A stretch of 20,638 nucleotides of DNA. Source: Sphingomonadaceae bacterium (lineage in GTDB: Bacteria; Chloroflexota; UBA6077). The translations under genes and the position numbers were made by a program. Under the pieces are notes generated by a model. It saw only the letters and a list, made by a program, of their open reading frames with translations, was not told where the DNA came from and ran no database searches. Positions 1-6,845 of the stretch are shown in pieces; the first letter of the stretch is position 1, and the number at the start of each line of letters is the position of its first letter. The stretch covers positions 62,001 to 82,638 of the forward strand of contig JBLNDL010000070.1 in the NCBI GenBank assembly GCA_050261575.1. The letters run 5' to 3'.

Positions 1-398
1 ACGATCGCCCAGAAGCCGTACCTCGTCAGCCAGCGGTGTGCCCTCTGCCACCGCCTCCCCTCCTTGAGTCCCAGCACCGCCCCTCCACTCACCCCCAGAA
101 GGTAGCCCATCAGCTCACCGGTGGCGGCGCCCAGCCCACCGGCTAGGCCCACCAGCAAGGGGTTCCAGACGGTGCCGGCCGCAAGCACAGCCGCAAAGCC
201 GGGGGCAGGCAGCAGGACGCTGCTGGAGGAGAGGAACATCAGGACCGCAACACCGGGGTAGCCGAAGGCGGCCAGGGAGGCCGGATCGGGCCTCAAGAGG
301 AAGAAGGACCCTACCAGTCCCGACAGCAGTAGCAGCCCGACGATGGCGACCATCTTACGGGCTCTGGCTACCTGCTTAGCGCGATCACCTAAGAGCAC
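1..398 (-). CDS. VTT-domain (DedA/YqaA/SNARE-associated-like) membrane protein, 3' end truncated by window edge
   Basis: Manual translation from GTG 398: MLLGDRAKQVARARKMVAIVGLLLLSGLVGSFFLLRPDPASLAAFGYPGVAVLMFLSSSSVLLPAPGFAAVLAAGTVWNPLLVGLAGGLGAATGELMGYLLG...WLTRYGFWAI. The GYxG..LPxPG and NPLxVGLxxGxGAxxGExxGYxxG patterns are typical of VTT/DedA proteins. A purine-rich SD-like tract lies upstream. Not in the ORF track because it runs off the edge. Confidence 0.85.
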   Translation of the reverse strand, partial: MLLGDRAKQVARARKMVAIVGLLLLSGLVGSFFLLRPDPASLAAFGYPGVAVLMFLSSSSVLLPAPGFAAVLAAGTVWNPLLVGLAGGLGAATGELMGYLLGVSGGAVLGLKEGRRWQRAHRWLTRYGFWAI

Positions 399-505
399 GA
401 ATCCCCCTTGGGCTCACCTCATGGACTGGAAAGCCGTCAGCCATCAGCGGGAGAAGGCATCGGGGTCGCCGGCAGGGTGCCCTATTCCCTAGCCCAACCG
501 CCAAC

Positions 506-514
506 AGTATAGCA
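506..514 (-). promoter_or_regulatory. Putative extended -10 promoter (TG-C-TATACT) for the VTT gene
   Basis: Plus strand AGTATAGCA reads TGCTATACT on the minus strand, ~110 nt upstream of GTG 398. Confidence 0.45.
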
Positions 515-553
515 TGCTCAGCACGCTGCGCCACAGCCGCGGGAAAGGCGCTG

Positions 554-562
554 TGCTAAGAT
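554..562 (+). promoter_or_regulatory. Putative extended -10 promoter (TG-C-TAAGAT) for the small ferritin-like gene
   Basis: TGCTAAGAT ~30 nt upstream of ATG 594, flanked by inverted repeat GGCGCT (547-552)/AGCGCC (563-568). Confidence 0.45.
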
Positions 563-593
563 AGCGCCACTCACCACCCCGTAGGAGACGCTG

Positions 594-821
594 ATGCCGG
601 CCAAGAGGGAAGAACACAACGGAGTGAGGATCGAGACCCTCGAGATGCTCCTGCACGCCCTCGCCCACGAGATCGAGAGTCAGGCCTATCTTCAGATGGC
701 GGTGCGCGTTGCCGACGACGCCGATCTCAAGGCATTCCTAATCGACATCCTCGGCCAAGAACAGCTTCACGAGACCCGGCTGCGGGCCAAACTTCGGGAG
801 AAATACTGCCTGGATATCTAA
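594..821 (+). CDS. Small ferritin-like/rubrerythrin-like protein (single helix pair, 75 aa)
   Basis: SD AGGAG at 583-587. Pattern LxxALxxExxSxxY...D.DLKxFLxxIxxQExxHxxxL is one E...ExxH di-iron helix pair. Confidence 0.75.
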   Translation: MPAKREEHNGVRIETLEMLLHALAHEIESQAYLQMAVRVADDADLKAFLIDILGQEQLHETRLRAKLREKYCLDI

Positions 822-870
822 GTGGCATCAACTAAGGAACAGATCTTGCCGAAGGGTCAGCGACTCGCCT

Positions 871-895
871 GATCAGGCCGTTTGGCGGCCTGATC
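871..895. repeat. Perfect 10-bp inverted repeat (stem-loop)
   Basis: GATCAGGCCG-TTTGG-CGGCCTGATC; no U-tract. Confidence 0.8.
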
Positions 896-990
896 GCGGG
901 GGTGCTACGAGCCAACCTCTCCAGGATCCCTCGCACGCCCTCCTCGTAGCGCGGAATCACAACTCGCCCGCAAGGAGGTCACGAAGAGAC

Positions 991-1194
991 TTGCTGATCA
1001 CCGACGACAAGAGAAGCGAAGGCCGCGGCAACCAGGACGAGATGGCGGGATTATTCTTTCGTGTTCTCTACAAGTTGGGCGTCGACACTGGCGACTGGAA
1101 AACCTGGTACGGGACTCGGCCCATGCTATTCGCGGGTTTCGAGCGGCGACCGCCAGCGGTCCAGCCCCCCTCGAACCCAACTCAAACCCGGTAA
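991..1194 (+). CDS. Hypothetical small protein (67 aa)
   Basis: Strong SD AAGGAGGT (972-979) 11 nt before TTG. Stop lies 7 nt from the convergent ORF. No recognisable family. Confidence 0.5.
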   Translation: MLITDDKRSEGRGNQDEMAGLFFRVLYKLGVDTGDWKTWYGTRPMLFAGFERRPPAVQPPSNPTQTR

Positions 1195-1201
1195 CCGGCG
1201 A

Positions 1202-1402
1202 CTACCGGGGCGAATGGTCAACGCACTTTTCTGCAATCTGTCGAAGGAACGGGGTGCCCATCGCAAGACTGGTGATGGAGTACGCCCCCTTGTAGGCTCC
1301 GCCGCGGGTCGGGCGATCGAACCTGCCCAAGGCACAACGACTCTTGCCGGTACCGTCCACCGCTTCCAGGTACTGGCAGGTAAGACACTTGATCGCGGGC
1401 AT
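1202..1402 (-). CDS. Hypothetical small Cys-containing protein (CxxC-x13-C...C), possible metal/Fe-S binder
   Basis: SD AGGAGG ~10 nt upstream of ATG. AT-richer upstream segment containing TACAAT on the minus strand. Four Cys. Confidence 0.65.
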   Translation of the reverse strand: MPAIKCLTCQYLEAVDGTGKSRCALGRFDRPTRGGAYKGAYSITSLAMGTPFLRQIAEKCVDHSPR

Positions 1403-1515
1403 ACCGCACTATCCTCCTGAGGTCTGTAGGGGAATTGATGGAAGGATTGTAATGTCATCATACAGCTAGCCGCCCACCACGTCAACGAAGAAGCTGCGGC
1501 AGGTAGGAGGTGGAT

Positions 1516-1857
1516 CTACTCGAGGATCTCGTAGTCCGCGTCGATCACCTGCCCGCCCTGCTGCCCACTCCCTCCTTTCGGTCGGCGGCCAGCGGGCCCA
1601 GCCAGATGCTCTCGCACCACCTCCTGTGGGCACAGGCGGACAAAGAGCAACAGAGCCAGGACCAGCAGGGTGAGATCGTCGAACTGCCCAAGAGCGGGGA
1701 GGAAATCGGGCAGCATATCCACCGGAAAGAGGGCGTAGAGCAGGGCGCCGGGCGGCACCAGCTTCGTGGCCAAGGGCACCCTCGAGTCTCTCAAGAGCGG
1801 CCACGCCAGTCTCACGGTCTGCCACAATCGCCACACGAGAGCGATTCTGAGCCACAT
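1516..1857 (-). CDS. YkvA/DUF1232 family membrane protein
   Basis: RLAWPLLRDSRVP..K.....LLY...PVD.LPDF.P.LGQ.DD motif. ATG 1857 follows GAGGTG; GTG 1866 is an alternative start. Confidence 0.9.
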   Translation of the reverse strand: MWLRIALVWRLWQTVRLAWPLLRDSRVPLATKLVPPGALLYALFPVDMLPDFLPALGQFDDLTLLVLALLLFVRLCPQEVVREHLAGPAGRRPKGGSGQQGGQVIDADYEILE

Positions 1858-1896
1858 CGTCGGCACCTCACCTGAGTCCTTACAGTACCGCGCCGA

Positions 1897-3174
1897 CTAT
1901 GGCCTGGACACCGCGAACGCGGCGAAGGGGAAATCCGACCCACCCCAGGCTCGCTGCAGGTCGTCGGCGCTCATGACCCGGCCGTATCCCGGGCCGTCGA
2001 CGTCGACCGAGTCGTTGTAGACGAAATCGTCTCCCAGCATGCCGGAGATGACCACGTAGTGATCGTCCCAGCTATCGGAGTCGGCCCTGCCCGGCATATA
2101 TCGGAAACGCAACTCGACGATGGCAGGACGGCCCTGGCCCAGTTGAGATCTGAGATCCTCGAGGCTCCAGCGGCGGAAATTGACCCCCTCGTATAGACCA
2201 TGCACCCTCAGCCCATAGCGTTCCACCAACTGTGCCAGGAACTCGATCCCGAACCCGTTGTCCGGTCCCCAGGTGCCCTGCAGCCTGTTGGCTTCGGTCC
2301 GCAATTCGTCCGTGGGAACGAAGGAGTGCAACTGCTCCAACACCATGCCCACGCTCGCCGGTCCGCAGTTGGACGACTCCGCGGGGCTACCATCCATCTG
2401 ACTGCGGAAGGGGACCCTCATCCACAGCCCCTCTCCGGCGTGCAACGATGCCACCTCCGAGCGGGTTAGCCGCCTCATCCCACGCCTCTCCGCAGCCAGC
2501 ATGGTACCCGCGGCTACGACTTCCGAGGCACTCACCCACCCCTCGAGTGGATCGAAATCGCGACCGTTACCCAGATAGAACACCCGAAGGTCGCTGCCCC
2601 GATCCTCCAGGACCTCCACCACCGCCCGCTTCGGCAGTCTGCCCGCAGTGTCGGAGCCTCTCCGCAAACCGGTTCGGAGTTCGGTTTCCTGCGGAGCCAG
2701 CACCCACCTCGGAGCCGGAGCTGGCTCCACCTCCGACTGGTCCACCCATCCTTCACCTTCGGACTCGTCCGCGTCGCCGCCATCTCCTTCGTAGTACACT
2801 TGGATCCGACCATCGCCGGTCCCGAGCACCTTGAGTGGATGGCCCTCTGGCAGCGGCGCGACCACTTTGGATGGCGGTGATGGCTCACTCCAGAGGGTTG
2901 TGGCGCGCCGCGTCCGCACCCACTCAGGTCGCGTCGCCGGGCCGGGGGTAGCGGTCGGAGCGCCCAGCGCCGACACCCCCACCAGCGCCTCCGGCCGCTC
3001 GGTCGGTCCTGGCGAGCCGTCCGACATCCCCGAGGGGATGGGCTCTGCCGCGCGGATCGAGGGCGCTTCCTCCGGGGCAGCCGGCAGGGCGTCCAGCAGA
3101 ACGGCCGCTATTGAGAGAACACTGACTGTGGCAATACATAGCCGCAGAAGCCGCTGGGAATGGCGGGTGGTCAT
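1897..3174 (-). CDS. Secreted/membrane-anchored C39-like (papain-fold) peptidase with two SH3-like modules
   Basis: N-terminal hydrophobic segment and Pro-rich linker, then two repeats ending in GWV. Catalytic-domain motifs VPFRSQ, NCGPAS, HYVVI, YNDS. Start placed at ATG 3174 from promoter geometry. Confidence 0.8.
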   Translation of the reverse strand: MTTRHSQRLLRLCIATVSVLSIAAVLLDALPAAPEEAPSIRAAEPIPSGMSDGSPGPTERPEALVGVSALGAPTATPGPATRPEWVRTRRATTLWSEPSPPSKVVAPLPEGHPLKVLGTGDGRIQVYYEGDGGDADESEGEGWVDQSEVEPAPAPRWVLAPQETELRTGLRRGSDTAGRLPKRAVVEVLEDRGSDLRVFYLGNGRDFDPLEGWVSASEVVAAGTMLAAERRGMRRLTRSEVASLHAGEGLWMRVPFRSQMDGSPAESSNCGPASVGMVLEQLHSFVPTDELRTEANRLQGTWGPDNGFGIEFLAQLVERYGLRVHGLYEGVNFRRWSLEDLRSQLGQGRPAIVELRFRYMPGRADSDSWDDHYVVISGMLGDDFVYNDSVDVDGPGYGRVMSADDLQRAWGGSDFPFAAFAVSRP

Positions 3175-3180
3175 GCGGCA

Positions 3181-3208
3181 ATTATGCACTCTCGCCCGGC
3201 GCTGTCAA
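3181..3208 (-). promoter_or_regulatory. sigma70-type promoter TTGACA-N16-CATAAT for the C39 peptidase gene
   Basis: Plus strand TGTCAA 3203-3208 and ATTATG 3181-3186; predicted +1 falls at about ATG 3174. Confidence 0.6.
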
Positions 3209-3224
3209 TGCGCTCCCGTGGCGT

Positions 3225-3239
3225 TGGCACGAGTATTGA
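3225..3239 (+). promoter_or_regulatory. Possible sigma54 (-24/-12) promoter for the L,D-transpeptidase
   Basis: TGGCACG-AGTA-TTGA: perfect -24 element, but -12 is TTGA instead of TTGC; 40 nt upstream of ATG 3279. Confidence 0.35.
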
Positions 3240-3278
3240 TGACCTGGTTGAAGAAGCTCTCTTGGAGGTAGTGACGGA

Positions 3279-4532
3279 ATGCCACCAGTTCCAGGCGGCC
3301 ACCGGCATCGGCGCCCCCGATCCCTCCTGTCGTGCCTCTCTCTTCTACTAGGAGCGACCCTGCTGCTCCTGTCACCAGCACAGGGCTCCTCCGCATTCGA
3401 GCCGTGGTGGGTTCAGAACCATCAGGAGACCCAGCTCTGGTCTGGACCGGATGCCCAGGCGATCTCGTTCGGCCGGGTGCCCCAGTGGAGCTACTTCCAG
3501 GTGGTGGCACCACAGAAGGGCTCCCGGCTGTACGTGCTCAACCCCCAGACGGGTGGGTTCGCCTACATCGATGCTGCGGCGGTGGGCCCCAGCGCACCCC
3601 CGCCAACGGCCTCACCCGCGATCCTCAACGTGGAAGCGGCAGCCCCTCTGCGTCGCGCGCCGGAGATGCCACCAGGTTTCCAGGGTTGGTGGGTATCCAA
3701 CTTCGAGGAGACGGAGATGTGGTCCGGCCCTGGAGGTGATGCCATCAGCCTCGGCAGGGTGCCGCAGTTCAGGCGCTTCTTGGTGGTGGAGCCACAGCAG
3801 GGCGAGCGGCTCAAGGTATGGAGTCCGGAGACGGAGCAAACCGGCTACGTCGACGTCTCGGTGTTGGGCCCATCAGGCCCCTCGGTCTGGCTGGCAGCCA
3901 TGCAGGTGAAGCTGGTGAGACAGGTGTACCTTCCCGGTCGATCCATGGGGAACAAGAGCTACGTGCGGAACTTGCCCGTGTACGACGACGAGACGGAACT
4001 GCGCCACGCTCCCCACAACACCCGGCTGCAGATCCGAGAGATGGTGGTGGCACCGGACGGCAGCGAGTGGTACACCGTGGACGGAGGAGGGTACATCCGA
4101 GCGGCAGAGGTGAGGCTGCCACGCCCGGTGTCGACGATCCCAACGGCCGGGCGATGGATCGATGCAGACCTGGAGGAGCCCGCCCTGCTGACCGCCTACG
4201 AGGGCGATAGGGCCGTCTATTCCGCCATGGCCATCAAGGGCTTCACGGCGACCCCGACCCTGCGCGGTACGTTCCAGATCCTTCGCCGGGTCGAGAACGA
4301 GACCATGGATAGCGAGACCATCGGGATCCCGAGGAACGGGCCGGGCGGCTACTACCTCAAGAATGTGCTCTACACCCAGTACTTCACCCACGATGGGGCG
4401 TCTCTCCACTACAACTACTGGCTGGGGACCTTCGGCTACCCTGGGAGCCATGGCTGCCTGGGGCTCAGTCTCGAGGATGCCCGCTGGTTCTGGGACTGGG
4501 CCACCGTGGGCACCCCGGTGATTATTCGCTAG
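3279..4532 (+). CDS. L,D-transpeptidase (YkuD family) with signal peptide and duplicated N-terminal SH3-like modules
   Basis: SD GGAGGT. C-terminal domain TPTxxGxFxI..R...LHxxYW...FGxPxSHGCxxL (HxxxHGC catalytic motif). Internal repeat WWVxNxxETxxWSGP. Confidence 0.92.
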   Translation: MPPVPGGHRHRRPRSLLSCLSLLLGATLLLLSPAQGSSAFEPWWVQNHQETQLWSGPDAQAISFGRVPQWSYFQVVAPQKGSRLYVLNPQTGGFAYIDAAAVGPSAPPPTASPAILNVEAAAPLRRAPEMPPGFQGWWVSNFEETEMWSGPGGDAISLGRVPQFRRFLVVEPQQGERLKVWSPETEQTGYVDVSVLGPSGPSVWLAAMQVKLVRQVYLPGRSMGNKSYVRNLPVYDDETELRHAPHNTRLQIREMVVAPDGSEWYTVDGGGYIRAAEVRLPRPVSTIPTAGRWIDADLEEPALLTAYEGDRAVYSAMAIKGFTATPTLRGTFQILRRVENETMDSETIGIPRNGPGGYYLKNVLYTQYFTHDGASLHYNYWLGTFGYPGSHGCLGLSLEDARWFWDWATVGTPVIIR

Positions 4533-4756
4533 AGGCTCCCTCGATTCGAGGTGGCCGGACGGGTCACCGGCTGGGCGGAATCCGGCGGGGACGACGAGGC
4601 CCCCGCCTGCTCGAGGGATTCGATCGTGACGCCCGCAGCGTTCAGACTTCCGCCGCGGGCCTCCTATTTCCACCACTTCGGGTGACTGCCTGGTCTACTA
4701 GATGCGAAACAACCCCCTTCTAAGCGATAATAGTGGCCAACCTCAAGGAGATCAGC

Positions 4757-5875
4757 GTGCGGGAACGAAGCGAACCAGGACAACGACTCTACTCCCAGGC
4801 AATCCGGCGGACCCGGCCTCGACGCGCAGCCAACCCCCTCTTCGGCAGACCCAAGGCATTGCTGCTCGTAGCACTGGCTCTGGTCGCCGTGGCCGTGGCA
4901 CTCGTTACTCGATCCGCTCCCCAGAATGCGACGGGCTCCATGGGATCGGAGCCTCGCAGCAACGCGTCCCTGGCGTCCAGGGCAGGCTCCGAACCGGCCG
5001 GCGCTTCCGTCCAGCCGACCCCTACCCCAGCGGCCATACGCCCGTTGGCGGTGCCCACCGCCAGCCCGTTGACTTCGACGGCCGCTCCCCCGGTGCGCAA
5101 ACCGGGCACCCCCGATCCCGACCCATCCACCGACCACGTCGTCGTGATGGACGGGGACTCGGGCGCCATCCTGTTCGAGCGCAACGCCCACGAGCCGGTC
5201 GCCATGGCCAGCCTGACCAAGATAATGACCGCGATCCTCGGGATCGAGTACGGCAACTTGACCGATCGCCCCAGGATCGACGTGAACGCCCGGGATCTGT
5301 CTGACAGCACACTGATGGGGTTGGAACCGTGGTTCGACGTGAGCTTCCAGGACCTGCTGTACGGGCTGATGCTGCCCTCTGGCAACGACGCCGCGCTCGC
5401 CATCGGGCGCTACGTCTCCGGCAGCGACGAGGCGTTCGTGACCCTGATGAACCAGAAGGCAGCCTGGCTGGGGCTGAGGTCCACCAACTTCACCAACGCT
5501 CACGGGTTGGACGATCCCAACCACTACTCCACCCCCTACGACATGGCGACGCTCGCCCGCTACGGAATGCAGTACCCTACCTTTCGGAAGCTAGCCGCCG
5601 CCAAGACGTACGACGTAGTGGGAAGCAACATCTCCTACACCATCCACAACCTCAACCCCGTGATCGGTGCCTACGAGGGAGCCGACGGGGTCAAGATCGG
5701 CTACACGGACAATGCGGGGCGGGCAATGGTTGCTACCGCCGTCAGGGACGGCCATCGGGTCTACGTCGCCTTCATGCGCAGCGAGGCCGGGCTGGCGCCT
5801 GACACCACCCTGTTGCTGGACTGGGCATTCAACTCCCACGTCTGGCCCACGAGCGGAGGATCTGAGCAGCCATGA
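4757..5875 (+). CDS. D-alanyl-D-alanine carboxypeptidase (peptidase S11), N-terminally membrane anchored
   Basis: SxxK (ASLTK), SxN (PSGND), third motif KIG. SD AAGGAG at 4745-4750 favours GTG 4757 over 4733. Confidence 0.92.
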   Translation: MRERSEPGQRLYSQAIRRTRPRRAANPLFGRPKALLLVALALVAVAVALVTRSAPQNATGSMGSEPRSNASLASRAGSEPAGASVQPTPTPAAIRPLAVPTASPLTSTAAPPVRKPGTPDPDPSTDHVVVMDGDSGAILFERNAHEPVAMASLTKIMTAILGIEYGNLTDRPRIDVNARDLSDSTLMGLEPWFDVSFQDLLYGLMLPSGNDAALAIGRYVSGSDEAFVTLMNQKAAWLGLRSTNFTNAHGLDDPNHYSTPYDMATLARYGMQYPTFRKLAAAKTYDVVGSNISYTIHNLNPVIGAYEGADGVKIGYTDNAGRAMVATAVRDGHRVYVAFMRSEAGLAPDTTLLLDWAFNSHVWPTSGGSEQP

Positions 5876-6495
5876 CGCCAAGATGCTCCATCTGTGTCTT
5901 CTGCGCCTCCAGCGAACAGATCGCCTCCCGCTACTTCGAGCAGGCCAGGGAGCTTGGGCAGGAAATGGCCCGACGCGGCCACCAGTTGGTGTACGGCGGA
6001 GGTCGACTCGGTCTCATGGGGGCAGTAGCTCGGGCGGTTCACGACGCAGGCGGAAGGGTGATCGGCGTAATCCCCCGTCGGGCCGATTGGGCTGAGGCGG
6101 TCTACCAGGAGGCGGACGACCTGATCTACACCGCCACCATGAGGGAACGCAAGGCCATCATGGAGGAGAAAGCCGACGCATTCCTCGCCCTCCCCGGAGG
6201 CATCGGCACCCTGGAGGAGCTGCTGGAGATCATCACCCTCCGGCACCTGGGCTACCACGAGAAGCCCATTGTCATCCTGGATAGATACGGCTACTTCGAC
6301 CCCCTGATCGAGATGCTGGTAAGGTCGATCGTCGAGGGCTTCGGCCGACCCCGCCTCCGAGACATGTTCCACGTCGCCACCACGGTCACCGACGCCCTTC
6401 ATCACATCGAGACCTACGCAGCCCCTCGAGAGAAGAAGGCCACGGCAACCGAGGTGCTTGAGAGCACGACGGAACCGGGAGCCGACCAAAGCTGA
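5872..6495 (+). CDS. LOG-family nucleotide phosphoribohydrolase (TIGR00730 Rossmann-fold protein)
   Basis: ICVFCASS, LVYGGGxxGLMG, MxERK and PGGIGTLEE motifs; ATGA overlap with the upstream gene. Confidence 0.95.
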   Translation: MTPRCSICVFCASSEQIASRYFEQARELGQEMARRGHQLVYGGGRLGLMGAVARAVHDAGGRVIGVIPRRADWAEAVYQEADDLIYTATMRERKAIMEEKADAFLALPGGIGTLEELLEIITLRHLGYHEKPIVILDRYGYFDPLIEMLVRSIVEGFGRPRLRDMFHVATTVTDALHHIETYAAPREKKATATEVLESTTEPGADQS

Positions 6496-6845
6496 GGGGT
6501 GAGGAGACCGCCGTCTCCCCTCCAAGACAGCGCGTAACACGACTCCTCCACCCAGCCAATACCCCCCACCCGGCTGGTCCCCTCCAAGCGACACGGCTCA
6601 CATGCGCCTCCCCTTCCGGATCGACTCTTCCCCTGCCGCACGAGTGTAACCGGGTCGCCGAACCACCTCCCTCTAAGCGGGTTTCTCCAGATGGAGCACA
6701 CGGTTCCGGCTAGAGAAGTCAGCATGGGCCAGAGATACCTCCTTAGCTCTTACCGTGGACTGCTTTCTGCGTTCAGACCCCCTCCACGGCTCCGCCGCCA
6801 GGAGTCGCTGGCCCGCAACCTCTCCTGCAGAAGGGGGTGCTACCA

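Noticed and set aside
6503..6518. Hairpin GGAGAC-CGCC-GTCTCC after the LOG gene as an intrinsic terminator
   Set aside because: Short stem with no U-tract; insufficient support.
3873..6594. Long antisense ORFs (3873-4676, 4664-5524, 5761-6594) and similar ones elsewhere (7688-8515, 12194-12907, 18553-19272, 19302-20117)
   Set aside because: Shadow or alternate-frame ORFs expected in high-GC coding DNA; they overlap well-supported genes and have no motifs.
6414..6725. 103-aa minus-strand ORF behind a strong SD
   Set aside because: No recognisable protein features, and it overlaps the LOG gene 3' end; mentioned only as part of an intergenic finding.
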